DNA of 25,274 bases. Source: a virus (Duplodnaviria > Caudoviricetes). Positions 16,649-24,068 of the stretch are shown here, in pieces; positions within the stretch are counted from its first letter, which is position 1; every line of letters starts with the position of its first letter. The notes beneath the pieces are model-generated. The model was given only the letters and a program-made list of their open reading frames with translations, had not been told where the DNA came from and did not search any database. A program made the translations under genes and the position numbers. The stretch spans positions 1-25,274 of IMG/VR virus record IMGVR_UViG_3300044217_004639; one strand, given 5' to 3'.

Positions 16649-17432
16649 TAAAAAATCCAAAGCCTGGGAAGTGTTTGATGGTGTAAAAGCAAGTTGGCCT
16701 GAACAGGTCATAATAAATGATAACAGCGTTGCCACAGACGCATTATCTAATGCAATGTTTTGGGGCTTTGTGAACAATAATTTGGAAATGATTAAAAATT
16801 TAGAGCGTAGAAAACATCAATATTGGTTTACTGATACTCCATACTTTGGACGATTTGATAATAACAATTTGACTCCTACAAATCATTATTGGCGTGTGTG
16901 TAAGAATGCAATCCATGCCAACTTTCTTCCTGACTGTAAATCTGACAGGTTTGAAAAATTTAATTTGTCAATTACTGCCCCAACTTTGAAAGGTGAACAT
17001 ATACTAGTTTGTCCTAGTTCACCTGGTATTCACGCATATTTAGGTGAGCCCAACTGGACTAATGACACATTGAATAAGTTGAGTAGAGTAACTGATAGAC
17101 CTGTAAAGGTAAGAGAGAAGCCAAGAGGGCGTGGGACTTCTGGTCCTAGTGAAGCTAAGGTGCCACTATCTGAAGATTTGAAAAATGCGTGGGCATGTGT
17201 AACAAGTTGCAGTATTAGTGCTGTTGAAGCAATACGTCTGGGTGTTCCTGTGTTCTGTAATGAGCATAGCTTTTCTAAAGAAGTAGGCAATTTACATCTT
17301 GAAGATATTGAACAACCTTACTACGGAGATCCTGAGCCTTGGCTTTACAGTTTGGCTTATCAACAATTCACCCCAGAAGAATTAAGTAATGGTGCAGCAA
17401 TAGAAATTTTGATCGATAAAGGATTTTTGTAA
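16620..17432 (+). CDS. KpsS/KpsC-like GT-B glycosyltransferase (paralogue 4)
   Basis: FTDTPYFG, VKVREKP, CVTSCSISAVEAIRLGVPVFC, IEQP..WLYSLAYQQFTPEELSNG. Confidence 0.6.
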   Translation: MLTIYAPLHNKKSKAWEVFDGVKASWPEQVIINDNSVATDALSNAMFWGFVNNNLEMIKNLERRKHQYWFTDTPYFGRFDNNNLTPTNHYWRVCKNAIHANFLPDCKSDRFEKFNLSITAPTLKGEHILVCPSSPGIHAYLGEPNWTNDTLNKLSRVTDRPVKVREKPRGRGTSGPSEAKVPLSEDLKNAWACVTSCSISAVEAIRLGVPVFCNEHSFSKEVGNLHLEDIEQPYYGDPEPWLYSLAYQQFTPEELSNGAAIEILIDKGFL

Positions 17433-18238
17433 TGAAGTTAATACACTATGGATGTTCGTTTGCAATGGGTAATGGCATTCCGTATTTCATCAAAGGCCTG
17501 CCTGCTGAAGTGGCACCTAAGCTACACTGGAAAACAGCAGTGAAAAGACAACAAATGCTCAAAACATATGGCAATCTTTTAAAAGATGTAGAAGATCCAA
17601 TGTCCTGCGGTCTTCATATTGCTAATCAACTTAATTTAAGATTTAGTAGAATAGCTGACAATGGAATTAGTAATGAAATGATTTTCAGACGGTTGCTATC
17701 AACAGTTGATCATGATTGCTTTGTTCTTATAGGCTTAACAGGTTACAATCGAAGAGAAGGTTTAACTACAGCGGAGAATAAAACTCATTGGCACACTTGG
17801 AAACAGGTTGATCCAGCAGATCCAGTTGGTTATAAAGATTTGTCTTTTGATCCATGGGTAAACAAAAAAGGACAAAGAGAATATAAGCCAGCGATTGAAG
17901 AAGAAGGACAAATTAGAACAGCTATACAGATAATTTACATGCAGTCTTTTTTGAAATCAATGAAAGTACCACATTTAATCTTTAATGCTTTGTACAATGG
18001 ATTTGATAATCCACTTACAAACGAATGTAAAAAATTATTATCAAAGATTGATAAAAAATATTATTTTGATCTACAAGCCAATTTTGATAATTGCCAACAC
18101 GGCTGGTGTCTAAAAAAAGGGCTTACAGTAAGTGAGATCGATCAACATCCAAACGTTCAAGGGCAAAAAGAATGGGGCAATTTAATGCTATCTCAGTGTA
18201 AGAGTATAATGGAAGAACATGCAAATAAAAAAAGTTAA
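17432..18238 (+). CDS. SGNH/GDSL hydrolase-like protein
   Basis: YGCSFAMG, ADNGISN, LIGLT, DQHPNVQGQ. Confidence 0.7.
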   Translation: MKLIHYGCSFAMGNGIPYFIKGLPAEVAPKLHWKTAVKRQQMLKTYGNLLKDVEDPMSCGLHIANQLNLRFSRIADNGISNEMIFRRLLSTVDHDCFVLIGLTGYNRREGLTTAENKTHWHTWKQVDPADPVGYKDLSFDPWVNKKGQREYKPAIEEEGQIRTAIQIIYMQSFLKSMKVPHLIFNALYNGFDNPLTNECKKLLSKIDKKYYFDLQANFDNCQHGWCLKKGLTVSEIDQHPNVQGQKEWGNLMLSQCKSIMEEHANKKS

Positions 18239-18848
18239 AAACTTTTATGTGCCTGCCAATGATATTCACATACAGGATTGGGAGGGCGGTAAAGCATTTA
18301 CACAGAATAAATGTTTAGAAAAATTCAAAGCATATTGTATCAACAATAAAATACATTTTGAAAATATAATAGATATAGGAGCATGGGTAGGAACTTGGGC
18401 ATATGCCATGCAGAATCTTTGTGAAAAACAAATTTTTTGTTATGAGCCAGATAGTATTCATTTCAAATGTTTACAAAAAAATAAGTTAGATAAAGTTGTG
18501 CCAATACAGGCTGCAATTGGAGCAAAAAATGATTTAGTAAGTCTATCAGAAGATAATTTTACACAAGCAAAAAGGATTTCTGGAGAAGGTAAAATTAAAA
18601 TGATTACTTTAGATAGTTGTAATCACACAAACATTGATCTAATCAAAATAGATGTTGAAGGATACGAAATGGAAGTTCTAAAAGGAGCTGTTAAAACACT
18701 GAAGAGGGTAAAATATATAATGATTGAGCTCAACAACAATACAAAAAAATACGGAAGTAGTAACAACCAAATTGAAAGATACTTACGTAAGATTGGTTAT
18801 AGGCCTTTACTAAATCATTGGCCAGATAAAGTCTTTGTAAAAAAATAG
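18219..18848 (+). CDS. FkbM-family SAM-dependent methyltransferase
   Basis: IDIGAWVG, YEP, TLD, IKIDVEGYEMEVLKGA. Confidence 0.9.
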   Translation: MQIKKVKNFYVPANDIHIQDWEGGKAFTQNKCLEKFKAYCINNKIHFENIIDIGAWVGTWAYAMQNLCEKQIFCYEPDSIHFKCLQKNKLDKVVPIQAAIGAKNDLVSLSEDNFTQAKRISGEGKIKMITLDSCNHTNIDLIKIDVEGYEMEVLKGAVKTLKRVKYIMIELNNNTKKYGSSNNQIERYLRKIGYRPLLNHWPDKVFVKK

Positions 18849-18850
18849 TT

Positions 18851-18858
18851 TTTAAATA
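18851..18858 (+). promoter_or_regulatory. late-promoter-like motif
   Basis: TTTAAATA in a 15-nt gap, 5 nt before ATG 18864, with no Shine-Dalgarno. Confidence 0.5.
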
Positions 18859-18863
18859 GATAT

Positions 18864-19868
18864 ATGAAAATATTCATAACTGGTGTAGCTGGATTTCTTG
18901 GAAGTCATTTAGCTGATTTGATGATTTCACAAGGTCATGTAGTAGCTGGTAACGATAATATGATAGGTGGTTACCTCGATAATGTGCCACAAGACGTTGA
19001 GTTTCATCAAATTGATTGTTGTGATTTAGAAAATCTTACTAAGGCAATGGAAGGTTGTGATATTGTTTACCATACTGCGGCAACTGCATATGAAGGGCTA
19101 TCAGTATTTTCACCAGTGCTTGTAACAAGAAATATTTTTGAAGCCAGCGTAACCACTATAACAGCAGCGATAAGAAACAAAGTTAAAAGAATTGTTTACT
19201 GTTCATCAATGGCTAGATATGGTCATCATGATGAGATACCTTACAAAGAAAGTTTTGAATGCAGACCACAAGATCCATATGGCATTGCAAAAAAAGCCGG
19301 AGAGGATGTGCTTAAAAATTTATGTGACACACATGGTGTTGAATATGTTATTGCTGTACCGCACAACATTGTTGGCCCAAGACAAAAATATGATGATCCT
19401 TTTAGGAATGTTATGTCCATTATGTTGAACAGAATGCTACAAGGAAAACAACCAATTATATACGGCGACGGCCTACAAAAAAGATGTTTTAGTTACATAG
19501 ATGATTGCTTATATTGTTTGAATGCTTTAGCATTTCAAGATAATGTAAAAGGTGAAGTAGTTAATATTGGACCAGACGAAGAACCTGTTACAATAAATGA
19601 ACTGGCAGAAGCATGTGCTAATGAAACTGGAGTAAATTTAGATCCAATACATCATAAGGACAGACCAAAGGAAGTTAAGTTGGCAACATGTAGTTCTGAT
19701 AAGGCGAGAAAACTTTTAGGTTATAAAACTTCTACAAATATGAGACAAGCCGTGAAAAAGACAGCTGATTATATACGGATTCGTGGCACAAAAAAGTTTC
19801 AGTATCATCTTCCATTAGAAATAGTGAATGATATTACACCTGATACATGGAAAAATAAATTAATATGA
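18864..19868 (+). CDS. NAD-dependent NDP-sugar epimerase/dehydratase (extended SDR)
   Basis: ITGVAGFLGSH (GxxGxxG), SSMARYG, YGIAK (YxxxK), HNIVGP, YGDGLQKRCFSYIDD. Confidence 0.93.
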   Translation: MKIFITGVAGFLGSHLADLMISQGHVVAGNDNMIGGYLDNVPQDVEFHQIDCCDLENLTKAMEGCDIVYHTAATAYEGLSVFSPVLVTRNIFEASVTTITAAIRNKVKRIVYCSSMARYGHHDEIPYKESFECRPQDPYGIAKKAGEDVLKNLCDTHGVEYVIAVPHNIVGPRQKYDDPFRNVMSIMLNRMLQGKQPIIYGDGLQKRCFSYIDDCLYCLNALAFQDNVKGEVVNIGPDEEPVTINELAEACANETGVNLDPIHHKDRPKEVKLATCSSDKARKLLGYKTSTNMRQAVKKTADYIRIRGTKKFQYHLPLEIVNDITPDTWKNKLI

Positions 19869-20575
19869 TATCGTTTGCAGTCCCATCACGTGGCCGTCCA
19901 AAGCTGGCTGCTAGGTTAGTAGACACTGCTCAATCAACAGCTGACAAACAAGTTGAGATATTATTTTATCTAAATAAAGATGATCCTACTTTAACTGAAT
20001 ATAAAGATTTGTTGAAGGACAATCAATATGTTGTTGGACCAAATCAATCAACGTGTTTAAGTTGGAATCAAATGGCAGATAAGGCAAAAAATGATATTGT
20101 AATGTTGATGGGCGATGACGTTCAATGTCAAACTAAAGGTTGGGATACAATAATAAGTGAACAAATTAATCAATACAAATCAAAAATATTAATGGTTGTA
20201 CCTAGTGATGGAAGGCTGAAAGGATCTGGCCAATACGAAATGACTCAACCAACATTATGGCATGATGCTCCTTTAGGTGCCGCACATTTTGCAGTGCATA
20301 AAAATTGGATCAATGCCCTTGGCTATTTGGCACCACCTTTTTTTTGGCATTTTTGGGTTGATGAATATACACAAAAAGTTGCACGTAAAATTAACCGATG
20401 TCTTTTTATGCCAAATGTTGTTTTCAAAGCAAAAAAAATATTTGATGCCACGGCAACTCAGGTTAGATCAAATTTAAACATAGGCGAGCGTGATAAGGCA
20501 ACATGGCATAAAGTAAAAGTACGACACCTGAATGCAGATGTCGCCTGTCTAAAAAAACTTATTGAAAACGATTAA
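19865..20575 (+). CDS. GT2-like glycosyltransferase
   Basis: ISFAVPSRGRP N-terminus, DD, WN...AKNDIVMLMGDD, HFWVD. Confidence 0.75.
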   Translation: MISFAVPSRGRPKLAARLVDTAQSTADKQVEILFYLNKDDPTLTEYKDLLKDNQYVVGPNQSTCLSWNQMADKAKNDIVMLMGDDVQCQTKGWDTIISEQINQYKSKILMVVPSDGRLKGSGQYEMTQPTLWHDAPLGAAHFAVHKNWINALGYLAPPFFWHFWVDEYTQKVARKINRCLFMPNVVFKAKKIFDATATQVRSNLNIGERDKATWHKVKVRHLNADVACLKKLIEND

Positions 20576-20990
20576 TTATTTTTTGGTACTGATCTTCACT
20601 CATGTGTAATTGCACAGTTGGTCGCTCCAGCACACTCTCTTTTTTTGGTACTATTTGATATTCAGCATACTTGGTTATAAAGAAAGTATTTGGCGCATAC
20701 ACAACTACTTTGTCATTGCATTTAATATAATTACCAGCATTTCTGTCTGCTCTATCCTTGAAAAACCATAAACATGTTACAGGTAAACTTCTATCAATTG
20801 TGGATAAGTCATGATGGTACGTCCATTTCATGTATATCTGTGATTCTAAATTTTGCCAGTGTTCATGATCTAAATTGTTTTGATTTTCGTACAATTTTTC
20901 ATATTCTATTTGACTAAAAATTGTTTGTGTGCGGAAATATTCAACGGGCGTTTTATGAAAATGATCTTTTTTTAATTTGTCCCAAATCAT
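20559..20990 (-). CDS. hypothetical protein, possibly a degenerate 2OG-oxygenase-like fold
   Basis: 143 aa, TAATG-coupled to the upstream GT. Patchy resemblance to ORF 14117-14860. Confidence 0.65.
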   Translation of the reverse strand: MIWDKLKKDHFHKTPVEYFRTQTIFSQIEYEKLYENQNNLDHEHWQNLESQIYMKWTYHHDLSTIDRSLPVTCLWFFKDRADRNAGNYIKCNDKVVVYAPNTFFITKYAEYQIVPKKESVLERPTVQLHMSEDQYQKIINRFQ

Positions 20991-21664
20991 TACGAACTAA
21001 AAAGATTGATTAATTCTTTCTTCCAATCATCGCCATATTCACAATCTCTATACCCATCAAACCATGGGCCACCTTCAGTGTAGTGTAATATTTTTGGAGT
21101 GCCATCTCTTGGTTCTTGGTACCAACCAACTAACCAATTGTACTCTAAAGGTAAAGTTCCAATTTCGTTATCATCTAACCAACTAAATCTATGTAGAAAT
21201 TTTGGCGACTCTTCGTTTAAAAGTTCGGGAGTAAGAATTTTATTTTTTGGATGTTCACAGTTCCAAAGAACCATGCTGGACCAGTTTTTTCTTGGATACA
21301 CTGTTTGTACTTGCCCATCCATTTTAGTTGTTTCTTTAGGTGTATAGTCGTGTTGCACACACACTACAGCTTTTGAATTGTCACAGTATTTTACAAGTTC
21401 ATGACTAGGAATCTTCCATAAAAAATCACAGTCACAAAACACTGCCCAACCTTTGAAGTCATTCAAATAAGGAACAAAAAATCTAGTAAATGTAAATTCA
21501 GTTGATGCAAGTTTATCTACTGGCCTTGTGTAAAGTCCTTGATCACGCATCTGTTTTTGTTTTAAAGGAATCACTTCCGCTGATGGATCTCTACGTTTTA
21601 TGGAGTGTTCGCACACCTGGTATGCTATATCTTCTCGGCTATCGTGTCCTACGTAAATCTTCAT
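20990..21664 (-). CDS. GT8-like glycosyltransferase
   Basis: IYVGHDSRE, STEFTFTRFFVP, FCDCDFL (DxD), YPRKNWSS, YNWLVG, HYTEGGPWF. Confidence 0.85.
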   Translation of the reverse strand: MKIYVGHDSREDIAYQVCEHSIKRRDPSAEVIPLKQKQMRDQGLYTRPVDKLASTEFTFTRFFVPYLNDFKGWAVFCDCDFLWKIPSHELVKYCDNSKAVVCVQHDYTPKETTKMDGQVQTVYPRKNWSSMVLWNCEHPKNKILTPELLNEESPKFLHRFSWLDDNEIGTLPLEYNWLVGWYQEPRDGTPKILHYTEGGPWFDGYRDCEYGDDWKKELINLFSS

Positions 21665-22277
21665 GTACTATTTCGTGTATTTGTTTCCAATTATTTACAC
21701 GTATGACATCAGGGTGTTGAAAATCACGGTTATATGGGTGGTCTATTAAAATAGGACGCACACCATATTCAAGTCCAGTAAGAGCATTTTTTGGTTTATC
21801 CTCAATAAAATATAAACCTGTATTATGAAATTCAGCTAATACTTGATCCTTGTCCTGTCCCGTATCAAGGATATGATAGTTTTTAAAAATATGATCGCCA
21901 AACAATTCTCCCAGGCGTTTTTTTCTTAATTGTTGTGCTGGTATATCTGAAGTTTGAGATGTAATTGGTATAAATGTCCAGCCTTCGGCAGCCAATAATT
22001 TTACCCATGTTTGTGATTCTGGCATAGGACTTTGTGTACCCATCCATGCACTTTTGTTAAATTCTCTTATTTCTTTTCTTATTTCAAATACAGACAAACC
22101 GAATCTTTCGGCCATTTCGTAAGTATTTTGTTTATCCGGCAAAAGTTTGTAAGGATATATGCGTTGCTGTTTGTCATCATAGTAGCTTCTTTGTAACATC
22201 CATTCAGTAAAGTGATGTTCCCATTCGAGAAGCACTCCGTCAACATCCGTTAGTATAATTCTATCTGATATCGGCAT
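21639..22277 (-). CDS. HAD-superfamily 5'(3')-deoxyribonucleotidase-like protein
   Basis: Motif I DVDGVL, motif II ITS, K, motif IV IEDK, HPYN, RVNNW. Confidence 0.85.
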   Translation of the reverse strand: MPISDRIILTDVDGVLLEWEHHFTEWMLQRSYYDDKQQRIYPYKLLPDKQNTYEMAERFGLSVFEIRKEIREFNKSAWMGTQSPMPESQTWVKLLAAEGWTFIPITSQTSDIPAQQLRKKRLGELFGDHIFKNYHILDTGQDKDQVLAEFHNTGLYFIEDKPKNALTGLEYGVRPILIDHPYNRDFQHPDVIRVNNWKQIHEIVHEDLRRTR

Positions 22278-22728
22278 CTTCCATACCAGCTACTCTTAAC
22301 TTAACAATATTTGTTATCTGCCATTGTTTTTGATCTAGTCCTTTTGTTATACCTAACCACTGATTTCTTAAAAGTGCAAATTCATTAATTATTTTTTCCA
22401 TGTCTACAACGTCTTGCTCACCATCTACATATTTTTCTGCGTCTCTGCTAGATAAAGCTCTGTTGTAGTTTTCTAAAAATTTTTTAAATGACTTGGATCT
22501 TGTTCTACGTAGTTCGATGTTTAAATAATTTAAGATAGCTTCAATCTGTTGTAATTGATTGAATCTCTGTTCAACAACTCCTGGAAGTGCTGCTGACGCT
22601 TTTTCGAGATTGCCGTATATACGTATTTCTTTTTTGGCATTCTGAAGTTCTGTATCAAAATGTGTAATACAATCTGGAATCTTGTCTAGGTTTCTACTTA
22701 CTTCGCTGTACCAATTAATTGTCTTCAT
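22261..22728 (-). CDS. uvsY: UvsY-like recombination mediator
   Basis: GNLEK...LPG, FLENYNRALSSRDAEKYVDGE, KGLDQKQWQITNIVKLRVAGMED. Likely start is ATG 22728 (MKTINW). Confidence 0.85.
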   Translation of the reverse strand: MKTINWYSEVSRNLDKIPDCITHFDTELQNAKKEIRIYGNLEKASAALPGVVEQRFNQLQQIEAILNYLNIELRRTRSKSFKKFLENYNRALSSRDAEKYVDGEQDVVDMEKIINEFALLRNQWLGITKGLDQKQWQITNIVKLRVAGMEDADIR

Positions 22729-22960
22729 ATCGATCGCTATAATCCTCTTCGTCGTCCTCGTATTCCTCAAAAACTGTGTTGACTGCTTCTTCTAATTTTG
22801 GATCATATTCACCAATTGCTTTGATCTCATCGTGTTCAACGCCGATGTCGTCTAAACATTTAACAAAATCAATAGCTGCGTCAGCCTTTTGTTTTTCTGG
22901 AATAAAATGAACAACTGCGTTCCATAAACGTTCAATATCTTCCTGGGTCATTTCTACCAT
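22715..22960 (-). CDS. small acidic hypothetical protein
   Basis: 81 aa, coupled between uvsX and uvsY, with C-terminus EEYEDDEEDYSD. Confidence 0.75.
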   Translation of the reverse strand: MVEMTQEDIERLWNAVVHFIPEKQKADAAIDFVKCLDDIGVEHDEIKAIGEYDPKLEEAVNTVFEEYEDDEEDYSDRYEDN

Positions 22961-24003
22961 TATTCTTCCTTAGGTTGGTCTATGCTTAATTTATCAAAAT
23001 CTTGCATTAGCATATCTAATTTATCTCCAACCCAGGCTTTTCTGAACTCTAGGTGTTCTTTTCCTGCTGAATCAATGTATTTTAGTCTATTTCCTGTTTG
23101 AACTAGTATGCCTTTTTTCTCAAACAAGTCTACTAATCCACTGTATGGATCCATACCTGTATCGTATGGTATTTTAACTTGCACAGACTCAAATGGTTTA
23201 GCATATCTTGTTTTCATTACCTTACATGCTGCTCTTATCCCTCGAACATCCGATATTTTGTTGCCTTTTTCGTCCTCTTTTAATTTTAGTTTCTTCATTG
23301 CAATTACAATTGAACTTGCGTATATGAAACCTTGTCCACCTGATATTTTATCATCTGGGTCAAACATATCTTGTGATGCATACGTATGGTTAGTTGCTAT
23401 CAGTCCAACATTCCAGCTTCCAAACATGTTTACACAGTTTCTTACGAGAGCAGTCAAAGCCTTAGGCTTTCTACCCAAGTCACCTTTCATTTCACCTTTT
23501 TCAAACTGATCAACATCAGTTGGTGTTAGTAACATACCTAAACTATCTATTACAAAAAGCACTTTTGGAGCACCTTCTTTGTTGTCTGCGTGTTGTTCTT
23601 TGTAACCTTTCATGAATTCTGATACAGTCTTTGCAACGTCATCAATCATGGATAAACTTAATTTCAAAAGTTTTTCTTCCGATGTGTCAACTTTTAAGGC
23701 TTGTAACCATTGTTCATCAAGTGCGTTTTCTGAATCAATTAATATTACAAATATACCTTGATCTTGTGCATTTTTAATAATGTTGCCTGATGCTATGTAA
23801 CTTTTACCTGCACCAGACTCACCGGCAAGCACTGATACCTTGCCTAGGGGAATACCTTTATTGAAATCTCCAGATATCAAATAATTTAGTGCATAATTTC
23901 CTGTTGATATCCAGTCTGTAGGATCATTGAATCCAATTCCTAATCCTTGAATTGATTTTGTAATACTTTTCCTAAATTTTGTTGCGTCAAATACTTTTGT
24001 CAT
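22960..24003 (-). CDS. uvsX: UvsX/RecA-like recombinase
   Basis: WISTGNYALN, Walker A GESGAGKS, IDSENA, Walker B VIDSLG, TNHTY, SGGQG, KTRYAKP. Likely start is ATG 24003. Confidence 0.92.
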   Translation of the reverse strand: MTKVFDATKFRKSITKSIQGLGIGFNDPTDWISTGNYALNYLISGDFNKGIPLGKVSVLAGESGAGKSYIASGNIIKNAQDQGIFVILIDSENALDEQWLQALKVDTSEEKLLKLSLSMIDDVAKTVSEFMKGYKEQHADNKEGAPKVLFVIDSLGMLLTPTDVDQFEKGEMKGDLGRKPKALTALVRNCVNMFGSWNVGLIATNHTYASQDMFDPDDKISGGQGFIYASSIVIAMKKLKLKEDEKGNKISDVRGIRAACKVMKTRYAKPFESVQVKIPYDTGMDPYSGLVDLFEKKGILVQTGNRLKYIDSAGKEHLEFRKAWVGDKLDMLMQDFDKLSIDQPKEE

Positions 24004-24013
24004 ATGTTTCCTT

Positions 24014-24042
24014 ATTATAATACACAAGGCCTTAACTGTCAA
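24014..24042 (-). promoter_or_regulatory. consensus sigma70 promoter for uvsX
   Basis: Minus strand TTGACA (24042-24037), 17 nt, TATAAT (24019-24014). Confidence 0.85.
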
Positions 24043-24056
24043 TAATTAAGGCCTTG
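24025..24056. terminator. 11-bp inverted repeat (possible terminator of the SSB gene or an operator)
   Basis: CAAGGCCTTAA (24025-24035) and TTAAGGCCTTG (24046-24056) around a 10-nt loop, 12 nt after the SSB stop. The U-tract is weak. Confidence 0.5.
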
Positions 24057-24068
24057 GTAAATGTCAGA

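Noticed and set aside
7330-21664. Bacterial chromosomal capsule/LPS locus
   Set aside because: It is flanked on both sides by phage core genes (uvsW; uvsY, uvsX, gp32-like), has no export or polymerase genes, and carries late-promoter-like motifs.
249-23509. Short ORFs in the track lying antisense to or nested in long genes (e.g. 249-524, 1921-2193, 3622-3963, 8086-8271, 13582-13845, 17030-17290, 19192-19428, 23108-23509)
   Set aside because: They are shadows of well-supported genes, have atypical composition and show no recognisable motifs.
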